A DNA stretch of 64,000 nucleotides from a virus: positions 7,424-71,423 of IMG/VR virus record IMGVR_UViG_3300044568_004476; one strand, 5' to 3'. Position numbers and translations under genes: made by a program. Below are positions 9,822 through 17,587 of the stretch, in pieces (position 1 is the stretch's first letter; every line of letters starts with the position of its first letter). Below the pieces are notes generated by a model. It was not told where the DNA came from. It searched no databases and saw nothing but the letters and a program-made list of their open reading frames with translations.

Positions 9822-10310
9822 ATGAAGTATATTAAATCGATAAACGAAGACTTTGGTGGAGAAAGCGGAGCTTTTGGTGATACCTATGGTTATGGGGGAG
9901 CTAATGGCATTCTGAAAATAAACTATAAACCATTTAACGATTTATCGGTTTCGGTTGGTACGGATCCCAATATGCCAACCAATATAAAAGGCGATGAATA
10001 TAAGATAGGTGATGTGGTAATAGCAGAGCCTTTAGATTCAAAGAATAAAGTAACTGGGGTTATAGTTAGAGCATTCAGAAATCCTAATAATATAGGATAT
10101 AGATATTTCATTCAAGTTTATAATAAGGGTAAAAAGACCGAAAGAGTTATAGAGATTAAGGGCAATTCCGTTAAATTTGCGCAAGGAGGTGAACATGGTA
10201 ACATTTCCACTAAAACCAAATACAAAAACAGCGAAATCGTTGATAAGGGATACAATTCTAAAACTGTTTATAATTCGTCCGAATTAGGACTGGAAACAAC
10301 AGGCGGCTAA
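9822..10310 (+). CDS. Hypothetical protein, putative head-packaged (MKYIKSINE leader)
   Basis: Start moved to ATG 9822, just after a GATAAATA box at 9809; possible SH3/KOW-like segment YKIGDVVIAE. Confidence 0.65.
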   Translation: MKYIKSINEDFGGESGAFGDTYGYGGANGILKINYKPFNDLSVSVGTDPNMPTNIKGDEYKIGDVVIAEPLDSKNKVTGVIVRAFRNPNNIGYRYFIQVYNKGKKTERVIEIKGNSVKFAQGGEHGNISTKTKYKNSEIVDKGYNSKTVYNSSELGLETTGG

Positions 10311-10317
10311 TTTACCG

Positions 10318-10346
10318 GAAACTAAAAATTCTTTTATCAGTACAAT
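10318..10346 (+). promoter_or_regulatory. GAAAC-N18-TACAAT promoter-like motif
   Basis: Intergenic, 14 nt before the uvsE-like ATG; 18-nt spacer shared with three other sites. Confidence 0.6.
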
Positions 10347-10360
10347 CTTAAAAAGATCAA

Positions 10361-11260
10361 ATGATATTAGGCCAAAATCCACTAAAATTATCTTATATAG
10401 GTCCTCATTCCGAATCAGTGAATCTAAGCCCACAGATAAATTCATACGAGGAATTTCTTTGTGTAATCAGAGACAACATAAAATTAAATCTTGAGATCGA
10501 TATAAAAATCACCTGCATAGACGTGTGTGATTTTAAATTTTCCTCAAATTTCTTCAAGGAAGTAATAGAGGAGGAATCCGGTGTATCCCATATAATAGAC
10601 GAAATAAATTCTGCAATCACTAAAAATGATTTACGAATATTTCTATACATAAACAGAGAGTATTTTTTAGGTACCCAATTAGATAACATTAAGAGCTCTA
10701 CAATATCGTTACTATCCAGGTTATCTAGCATTCTGGATTTAATAGGTGTTAATTACCCATCTATAATGGTTAGAGTTGGATCGGCTTATGGAAACAGAAG
10801 AAATACCATGGATCTCTTTTGTGAGAGATTGTTGGGAATGGATAATAGCGTCGTTTCTAAACTTTGTGTCGTTAATGACGACAAACCCAGTCTTTTTTCA
10901 GTTACCGATCTTCTATCTGGCATTTACTACAGATCTAATATTCCAATATGTTTTAGATTACTCCCACATCAGTTTAATGATGGTGGGCTTAGCATAAGGG
11001 AAGCCCTTTTTCTTTCCTGTTCAACCTGGAAGTCTGGGCATAAACCTGTATTCATACACTCAGAATCACAAGAATGTGATGATTACGGAATACCGTCTAC
11101 ACCAAAGCAAACAGAATACCTTAAAAGAAGGATACCTACATTCGGATTGGATATAGACGTAATCATAGAATCCCCTGCCAGAGAGGATGCCTGCTTAAAA
11201 TACAGAATGGATCATAAGTCACTTCCCCCTATAGTGATAAATAAAAATTCTAAGAAATAA
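10361..11260 (+). CDS. UV-damage endonuclease UvsE-like TIM barrel, catalytic residues degenerate
   Basis: VGSAYG, NDDK..FSV.DL, IPICF, N.GGL...EAL....STW, P...HSES and DV.IE follow the UvsE layout, but several His/Glu/Asp ligands are substituted. Confidence 0.7.
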   Translation: MILGQNPLKLSYIGPHSESVNLSPQINSYEEFLCVIRDNIKLNLEIDIKITCIDVCDFKFSSNFFKEVIEEESGVSHIIDEINSAITKNDLRIFLYINREYFLGTQLDNIKSSTISLLSRLSSILDLIGVNYPSIMVRVGSAYGNRRNTMDLFCERLLGMDNSVVSKLCVVNDDKPSLFSVTDLLSGIYYRSNIPICFRLLPHQFNDGGLSIREALFLSCSTWKSGHKPVFIHSESQECDDYGIPSTPKQTEYLKRRIPTFGLDIDVIIESPAREDACLKYRMDHKSLPPIVINKNSKK

Positions 11261-11283
11261 TTTTTATTTCCGCGATATTACAT

Positions 11284-11291
11284 TATCTTTG
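11284..11291 (+). promoter_or_regulatory. Bacteroidota-type -7 promoter box TATCTTTG
   Basis: TAnnTTTG followed by TAAAAA, 14 nt before the exonuclease ATG. Confidence 0.55.
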
Positions 11292-11305
11292 TAAAAACCC
11301 AAATT

Positions 11306-12013
11306 ATGTTTAAGAAAGAAGACATTTATAAATACCTCTATTTTGATGTTGAGACAGCAGCTCTTTATAATGATCTGGAAACGTTACATGATACTAATCC
11401 TCGTTTATGGGAGCTGTGGAAAAAGCGGGAAGCATATTATATAGGAGCGTATCCTGCATTATCTTCAGAAGACCCAAATACGATATACAAACAAAAGGCA
11501 GGATTAGAGCCGGAGTTTTCTCGAGTTGTGTGTGTTTCTTTTGGATCATTTACTGATACGGGAGAGGTGAGATTTGCATCTTTTTACGGTGAGGACGAAC
11601 ATGATATTTTAACAAAGACTGCGAAGGTTCTTAACAATGCAGCTTCTAAAAATTGGAAGTTGTGTGGTCATAATATAAAAGGTTTTGATGTTCCGTGCTT
11701 AGGAAAAAGAATGATTTATAACGGCATTAATCCTCCTGCAAATATTAGAATCTGGGACAAGAAGCCATGGGAGATTCCGTATGTTGATACCTCGGACGTG
11801 TTTGCTTTTGGTAGCTGGACGCATCAAAAATATTTAAGTTTGGATCTTCTTTCTTGTTCTCTTGGTATAGAATCGCCTAAGGGAATAATGGACGGATCCA
11901 AAGTAAATGATTCATTCTGGATTGATAAAGACTATGAAAACATCAAAACATACTGTGAACTTGATGTTAGCACGGTAATGGAAGTTATGCTAAAAGTATG
12001 CTTCCCTAGCTAA
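11306..12013 (+). CDS. DEDD 3'-5' exonuclease (PolB-exo-like standalone family)
   Basis: YFDVET (Exo I), GHNIKGFDVP (Exo II), YCELDV (Exo III); PEFSRVVCVS and KPWE typical of this family. Confidence 0.88.
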   Translation: MFKKEDIYKYLYFDVETAALYNDLETLHDTNPRLWELWKKREAYYIGAYPALSSEDPNTIYKQKAGLEPEFSRVVCVSFGSFTDTGEVRFASFYGEDEHDILTKTAKVLNNAASKNWKLCGHNIKGFDVPCLGKRMIYNGINPPANIRIWDKKPWEIPYVDTSDVFAFGSWTHQKYLSLDLLSCSLGIESPKGIMDGSKVNDSFWIDKDYENIKTYCELDVSTVMEVMLKVCFPS

Positions 12014-12036
12014 ATATTCGGTTTACAATAACATCT

Positions 12037-12074
12037 AAAGCTTTTCTTTGATATATACAAGAAAAGCTTTTTTT
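12037..12074 (+). terminator. Rho-independent terminator-like hairpin whose loop contains the late promoter box
   Basis: AAAGCTTTTCTT-TGATATATAC-AAGAAAAGCTTT followed by TTTT; 12-bp perfect stem. Confidence 0.7.
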
Positions 12075-12884
12075 GTGGGTTCAGTATTATCTTATAAAAA
12101 TTACACTAACTTATCTTCTCCTATACTAGAGAGACAGATAAATCCATTCTATCACGATGAGCTAAGCCCTATTTTCTGGACTAAAAAAACCAAGGGCGAT
12201 GATATTGAATGGACACTAGATCAGAGAGTTAGAAAAAAACTTCTTAGAATAGCAAGCGAATTTTTTGAAAAGTTTGATGATATTCTCAAGGAGAAGGATA
12301 TAGTTGATATCCAATTAACTGGATCTCTAGCTAATTTCAATTACACAAAATTATCGGATCTTGACGTTCATGTCATAGTTAATCTTGAGGGTGTCGATGA
12401 CGACAATCCCCAAATACTTAAATCAGCTTTAGATGGGATTAGATTCATATGGAATCTAAGACATAATATCTCAATTAGAGGATATGATGTTGAGCTATAT
12501 GTACAGGACTCAAAAGAACCACACATAGCATCCGGCCTATTTTCTCTTTTGAATAACGAATGGATAAAGAACCCAGTATTTGATCCGCCTGAGATAGATG
12601 AGAAAGATGTGAATAAAAAATTTCAGAGTATTGCATACGAGATTGAGCAGCTTCACACTAGATTAGTGTCTGCGACAGTACTACCTCACAACGCTAAAGA
12701 ACTATATAAAAGAAGTACTAAGCTGAAAGAGAAAATTATGAAGATGAGAAAAGAAGGGTTAAGCAAAGATGGCGAGTTCTCTATTGGTAATTTAACATTT
12801 AAGAAGCTTAGAAATGAGGGATATATAGAAAAGTTAATAGATGTAAATTCAGAGTCTTACGACAAAATATACACAGAAAAATAG
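12075..12884 (+). CDS. Pol-beta superfamily nucleotidyltransferase
   Basis: DIQLTGSLANFNYT..SDLDVHV (GS...DxD) plus GYDVELYVQD; likely start is GTG 12075, after the promoter/hairpin. Confidence 0.8.
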   Translation: MGSVLSYKNYTNLSSPILERQINPFYHDELSPIFWTKKTKGDDIEWTLDQRVRKKLLRIASEFFEKFDDILKEKDIVDIQLTGSLANFNYTKLSDLDVHVIVNLEGVDDDNPQILKSALDGIRFIWNLRHNISIRGYDVELYVQDSKEPHIASGLFSLLNNEWIKNPVFDPPEIDEKDVNKKFQSIAYEIEQLHTRLVSATVLPHNAKELYKRSTKLKEKIMKMRKEGLSKDGEFSIGNLTFKKLRNEGYIEKLIDVNSESYDKIYTEK

Positions 12885-12891
12885 AAATATA

Positions 12892-15540
12892 ATGATAATA
12901 TTATTAGCAACAGACGGTAAATATTCTAGAGGGAACGACTTTCCTATGTTTACTATACCTCTTAAAATGGAGGGAGCAACAAGCCAATCTCTTGAAGACT
13001 TTCAGTGGTGGGCATACTCATCAGACTTTAAAAAATGGTTAGATAAAAATCCTAGCGAATGGGTTGCTGATTCAGAGGAGATGCCAAAGTATGGGGATAT
13101 TTCCGAGATAATTAGGGAATCCTTAGGAGGCAGCGGTTACTCTATGCAAAAAGCATTAAGAGAAGCTAACGAATATCCAGTAGAGGGAAGGGTATCTAAA
13201 TTTGGTGATTTTATTTCTGATGCTGTATTTGAGGATGCTTCCAATATTAAGGCAGAAGAAGAAAAGACTGTAAAATTCCATTTTGCTTATAATAAATTAG
13301 ATGCTGATGGAAAATTAGATAATGAATTTCTTGTTAAGAGTCAGACTGCAGGAAACTCAAAAGCTGTTTTCCTTTGTCTTGAAGATCAGGAGTCTGGAGC
13401 TAATCTGATCGAAACCCTCGATGCCTATAAGATGATGCCGCTCGAGATAGAGAACAAAAACTCTAAGTTTAGATTATTTGAAATTAGCGACAGAAAGCTA
13501 ATGGGAAAGGTAGATGAGGATTCTACTGGACCTGGTTTAGCAAAGGATGCACTTAATAACGGAATTAAAGTAGCTACTTATGCTGTAGCAGGAACAGCAA
13601 TATTTGCTGGTGCTAAAGCCTTAGGCGGAGCATTTGTTTTTAGAAGAGGATGGAAGGCAATAAAGTTTTTAAGAACTGGTAACCAAGGACCTAAAAGCAC
13701 TAAGGGGCTAAGAATGCTAGTTAACGCTAAGAATGGTATAAAGGGAATTTGGGGAGCAATAAATCCGATGAAAGCAGTTTCATTTTGGGGTAAGGTTGGT
13801 AAAGCTGGTGTTGAGGGAGCTAGACTTCAGAAAGCTTTAGGTAATATGCAGAATGCAGGCATAGTAGCAAAATCATTAGGAATGGTTAAAGGATTTGTTA
13901 CTGGGGCTAAAGCAGTAGGAGGTGCTGCTAAAGCAGCAGAATTAACAAATCCTGTAGGATGGGCACTTTTAGCTATTAATGCTGTCGGATCAACTTGGAA
14001 TTGGTATAGTGGAAATCAAGCTCCTAGATTCGGAAACGTCGATGATTTTGCTAAAGGATCATTTGATCCTAAAGAAATAAAAATCGGTGTGCCTATCACC
14101 ATATGCTGGTCACAACCTGCTGGAGGATGGGGAATGGCCGTCGACTTCTTATTTAATAACGAGACAAGAACAACAATGGAGTTGGTAAAGATATCCGATA
14201 ATGGGGGAAAATCTATATTCATATTAACTCAGATTAACTCGAAAGAGGTACAAAAGCAAATAGCACAATATGATTTAACACTGGTTTCTTTTGATAATAG
14301 CGATGTGATAGAAAGGGGATTCCTTGATAACGAAGATCTAGATTTCCAAATTCTATCTGTTGAGAAAGATCTTAATGCATTGTTTAATTATCAAGGATCA
14401 TGCGACTGGGAATTGTTCGAGTCTGAGTTTGATGCTTCATCTGGGACCTTATTAGTATCTGATCCGAATGCACCGGAAGAGTATGAATTTCATTTCAGTG
14501 ACTCTGAGGATAATATAATAAATGTTGTTGGTAAAAAGGTAACCACAGAGGAACTATCTAAATATTCTTCAGATGATCTTAATAGAATCTTTGGAGTTAC
14601 TATGTCAAAAGAGACCGAGAGTAAAATAAAAACAGGAGAACAAAAATCAGTTGAGGATAAAGTAGAAGCTGAAAAGGCCGAAGTTAATGATAGCTTAAAT
14701 ACATCTCATTTTTCCGATTTATTGGAATCCCAAGTGATAACTAAATTTTCTGACTTTAAGAAACAAGCATATTCTGTATTAGAAGAAGAGAATGCTCAGA
14801 CCAAAACAATAAGTGGGAATTCGGATGAGGGATCAGAGGATATTGATTCTAAAGGATCCCAGATGATAGATCTAACATCTAAACAAAAAAGTGGACCTGC
14901 AGAAATAGCAGTCTATATTGTTACGGAGAGAGATTATGCGGACCCTAGCCTTAGAGGAAAATATGAGACAGGTGACTTTACTAACTTCTTAATCGATCCT
15001 ACTGACTGGGAGGTTAAAAACGGAGCTTCAATTGAGATTGATCCTAATACTGATGAGATTCTAGAAGAATCTAAAAGAGGACTTTATACTTACGTAGAAA
15101 AAAAGGAAGAGGTTAAACCTTCTGTAAAAGACGATGTTCAAGATGCTGATCCTTCAAAAGTAAAAGACGGGGAAAAAGAGAAAGAACCAGGAATCAAGAA
15201 GGATGATTATTATATAAACGCTAATAGTAATGATATTAATATAAAGAGTAAAAAGAATTCTACCGTGGTAAGAGACGCCCAATTAGCAGGGGGTGTTAAT
15301 CTATTCGATACCATATTAACCACAAGAGATAAAGAGGCACTTAAGATAGAAAACTGGAAAACAATAACTTTTGCAAAAGAAATTTTTGATAACAGAGGTG
15401 ATGCAATAGAGGTTAAGTTTAAAAACAAATATGCTCCTTTTGGCGACAAATCAAGAAAATACAGAGCAACAGACGGTGAAGCGTTCGAACTTGCCAAAAG
15501 ATTTGTTGAACAGACTAAGGATAGAATAAAATTCGAATAA
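12892..15540 (+). CDS. Large hypothetical virion protein with hydrophobic Gly/Ala-rich segments (candidate ejection protein)
   Basis: 882 aa; VATYAVAGTAIFAGAKALGGAFVF and LTNPVGWALLAINAVG segments; internal VSKFGDF and ITKFSDF motifs; directly upstream of the head protease. Confidence 0.6.
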   Translation: MIILLATDGKYSRGNDFPMFTIPLKMEGATSQSLEDFQWWAYSSDFKKWLDKNPSEWVADSEEMPKYGDISEIIRESLGGSGYSMQKALREANEYPVEGRVSKFGDFISDAVFEDASNIKAEEEKTVKFHFAYNKLDADGKLDNEFLVKSQTAGNSKAVFLCLEDQESGANLIETLDAYKMMPLEIENKNSKFRLFEISDRKLMGKVDEDSTGPGLAKDALNNGIKVATYAVAGTAIFAGAKALGGAFVFRRGWKAIKFLRTGNQGPKSTKGLRMLVNAKNGIKGIWGAINPMKAVSFWGKVGKAGVEGARLQKALGNMQNAGIVAKSLGMVKGFVTGAKAVGGAAKAAELTNPVGWALLAINAVGSTWNWYSGNQAPRFGNVDDFAKGSFDPKEIKIGVPITICWSQPAGGWGMAVDFLFNNETRTTMELVKISDNGGKSIFILTQINSKEVQKQIAQYDLTLVSFDNSDVIERGFLDNEDLDFQILSVEKDLNALFNYQGSCDWELFESEFDASSGTLLVSDPNAPEEYEFHFSDSEDNIINVVGKKVTTEELSKYSSDDLNRIFGVTMSKETESKIKTGEQKSVEDKVEAEKAEVNDSLNTSHFSDLLESQVITKFSDFKKQAYSVLEEENAQTKTISGNSDEGSEDIDSKGSQMIDLTSKQKSGPAEIAVYIVTERDYADPSLRGKYETGDFTNFLIDPTDWEVKNGASIEIDPNTDEILEESKRGLYTYVEKKEEVKPSVKDDVQDADPSKVKDGEKEKEPGIKKDDYYINANSNDINIKSKKNSTVVRDAQLAGGVNLFDTILTTRDKEALKIENWKTITFAKEIFDNRGDAIEVKFKNKYAPFGDKSRKYRATDGEAFELAKRFVEQTKDRIKFE

Positions 15541-15563
15541 TCAAAAAAAATAATTTTTCCGTT

Positions 15564-15571
15564 GATATATA
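15564..15571 (+). promoter_or_regulatory. Putative late promoter GATATATA (representative of about 19 copies)
   Basis: RATA(T/A/G)ATA recurs 3-60 nt upstream of structural gene starts; analogous to the T4 late promoter TATAAATA. Confidence 0.7.
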
Positions 15572-15598
15572 AGAAACATAAAAAAGTAGTATAAAAGC

Positions 15599-17563
15599 AT
15601 GCCACAACTACAATCAATAAACGAAAACATGGTATTCATCCTTGAAAGACAGAATTCCGTTCTAGAAGCTAAAAAGTCTGATACAGATGATTATGTTCTA
15701 GAAGGTATTGCTGCTGTTTTTGGTAAAGAAAACAACAACAATAGAATTTATGAAGAGAGTGAATATCTACCTCACCTAGATTATCTAAAAGATAAGATAG
15801 CTCAGAATAGATTAGTTGGTGAATTAGATCATCCCGAGAAATTCGACGTATCACTTAAGAACATCTCTCACATGATCACAGATCTTAATTATGATAAAGG
15901 TAGGAGGGATCTTAAAATAAAAGTTAAGCTTCTTGATACCCCAGCGGGTAGAATAGCTAAGAACCTAGTAGATGCTGGAGTTCCTTTATCTATCTCTTCA
16001 AGAGCGGCGGGATCTGTCGGTAACGATAAAAAGGTGGCAATCAAAAAAATCTTTACTTATGATTTAGTAGCAGACCCTGGATTTAAAGATGCTCAACTTG
16101 AGAGAGTTTATGAAAGTGAAGGCTTTTCATCCCAACAATTTCATGATATAAAAAATAATAGCATAATAAATACATTAGAATGCTTAAATGAATCTTTAGG
16201 TATCGAAAAAGAATCTTCATTGAAGATATATAAAGTTGAAAATAACGAAGAATTTAATAAAATCGTGAATAAATCAGATAATAAAAATAAATCAGTCCTT
16301 ATGGAAAACCATGAATTTGTTACTGCGGAGGAGCTTAATCAGTATTCAGTCTTTTTGAAAAAAGAAATGGATTCAATGAGAGTCGCTATCGCAGAGGCTA
16401 AAACCCAAAAAACATCGCTAACCGAATCTGAAGATTTAAGTAAGGCTAATGAGGCTCTTGAAGAAAGAGTTGCTAAGCTTGAAAAATATGCAGAGTATTT
16501 AGCAGAGAACTTAGAGAATTCTATTAAGTATGGTGAGTATCTTGCAGAAAACTTAGATAGCACTATCAACTACAGTAAATACTTAGCTGAAAATCTAGAT
16601 AAAAACATTTCTTATGCTAAATACTTAGCTGAGAACGTTGACAAATCTATTTCTTATTCAGAGTATGTAGCTGAGAGTGTGGATAAGAATATCGAGTATT
16701 CTAAATACCTAGCAGAAAAATTGGATCAAAATATTCAATACTCTGAGTACCTAGCAGAAAATGTAGATAAAGGTATTGCTTATTCAGAATACTTAGGTGA
16801 AAACTTAGATAAAGGTATTGCTTACACTGAGTACGTTGCAGAAAAATTAAACAACGGAATTGAATACACTGAGTACATTGCAGAAAACCTAAACAAAAAT
16901 ATCGAATATTCTGATTACTTAGCAGAGAATGTTAATAAAGGATTAGACTATTCAGAATACCTTGCAGAGAAATTAAACAAAGGTATTGCTTACAGTGAGT
17001 ATATTGCAGAATCAATTGCTAACAAATTGCCTTCTGAAAATACCACATCATTAGTAGAAAATGTAAATCTATCTGCAGAAGCAGGTCTTAATGAATCTGG
17101 CTTTGCTGGAAACTACGAGAACTTAACTTCACAGATTGATTCATTAATAGAATCGGTTAAAACACAAAAAACCGCTTCAAATATCAACGAAGCTGCTAAA
17201 GCAGTAACAACACCAGCCGAAACACAAAAGGCTAACGAAACACCTCTTAATGAGTCAGACGACATCGCTAAAACAGGTCTTAAGTTTATTGACGAAATGC
17301 CAGCAGAATATGCTCAGGTATGGGAATCTTTATCAGAAGGACATCAGCAATCAATTGTTGCTCAGTCAAACTTCTATAATTTAGATACACCTTACCAGAT
17401 CAAAAATTTCTGGTCAACACGTCAGCTTGGAGCTAAACTAGTTGGAGTACAAAAACTTGACGAGAGTGAAAATGTAGCCGAGACCGCAAAACCACAAGCG
17501 TATTCTTCAGATTATATGAATTATATCGCTACTGCACTTGAGCAAAAATTTCCAAAAAGATAA
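15599..17563 (+). CDS. gp21: Prohead protease (gp21-like) fused to scaffold/core protein (gp22-like)
   Basis: LEGI....N.NNRIY, GELDHP, SHMI, LLDTPAG, ISSRAAGS, YDLVADPGF protease motifs in the first ~175 aa, followed by coiled-coil repeats; immediately upstream of the capsid gene. Confidence 0.9.
   Translation: MPQLQSINENMVFILERQNSVLEAKKSDTDDYVLEGIAAVFGKENNNNRIYEESEYLPHLDYLKDKIAQNRLVGELDHPEKFDVSLKNISHMITDLNYDKGRRDLKIKVKLLDTPAGRIAKNLVDAGVPLSISSRAAGSVGNDKKVAIKKIFTYDLVADPGFKDAQLERVYESEGFSSQQFHDIKNNSIINTLECLNESLGIEKESSLKIYKVENNEEFNKIVNKSDNKNKSVLMENHEFVTAEELNQYSVFLKKEMDSMRVAIAEAKTQKTSLTESEDLSKANEALEERVAKLEKYAEYLAENLENSIKYGEYLAENLDSTINYSKYLAENLDKNISYAKYLAENVDKSISYSEYVAESVDKNIEYSKYLAEKLDQNIQYSEYLAENVDKGIAYSEYLGENLDKGIAYTEYVAEKLNNGIEYTEYIAENLNKNIEYSDYLAENVNKGLDYSEYLAEKLNKGIAYSEYIAESIANKLPSENTTSLVENVNLSAEAGLNESGFAGNYENLTSQIDSLIESVKTQKTASNINEAAKAVTTPAETQKANETPLNESDDIAKTGLKFIDEMPAEYAQVWESLSEGHQQSIVAQSNFYNLDTPYQIKNFWSTRQLGAKLVGVQKLDESENVAETAKPQAYSSDYMNYIATALEQKFPKR
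16487..17014 (+). repeat. 13 tandem 42-bp / 14-aa repeats Y-x-x-Y-(L/V/I)-(A/G)-E-x-(L/V)-x-x-x-I-x (last unit partial)
   Basis: Counted from the translation: YAEYLAENLENSIK, YGEYLAENLDSTIN ... YSEYIAES. Confidence 0.92.
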
Positions 17564-17587
17564 AAAACAAAAAAAACAACTAAAATC

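Noticed and set aside
12892-15540. Tape measure protein call for the 882-aa ORF
   Set aside because: Only a short Ala/Gly-rich part, located in the head module and mostly non-repetitive; insufficient support.
16487-17014. 42-bp periodic repeats as a CRISPR array
   Set aside because: No repeat-spacer alternation; variation is concentrated at synonymous positions inside an open reading frame.
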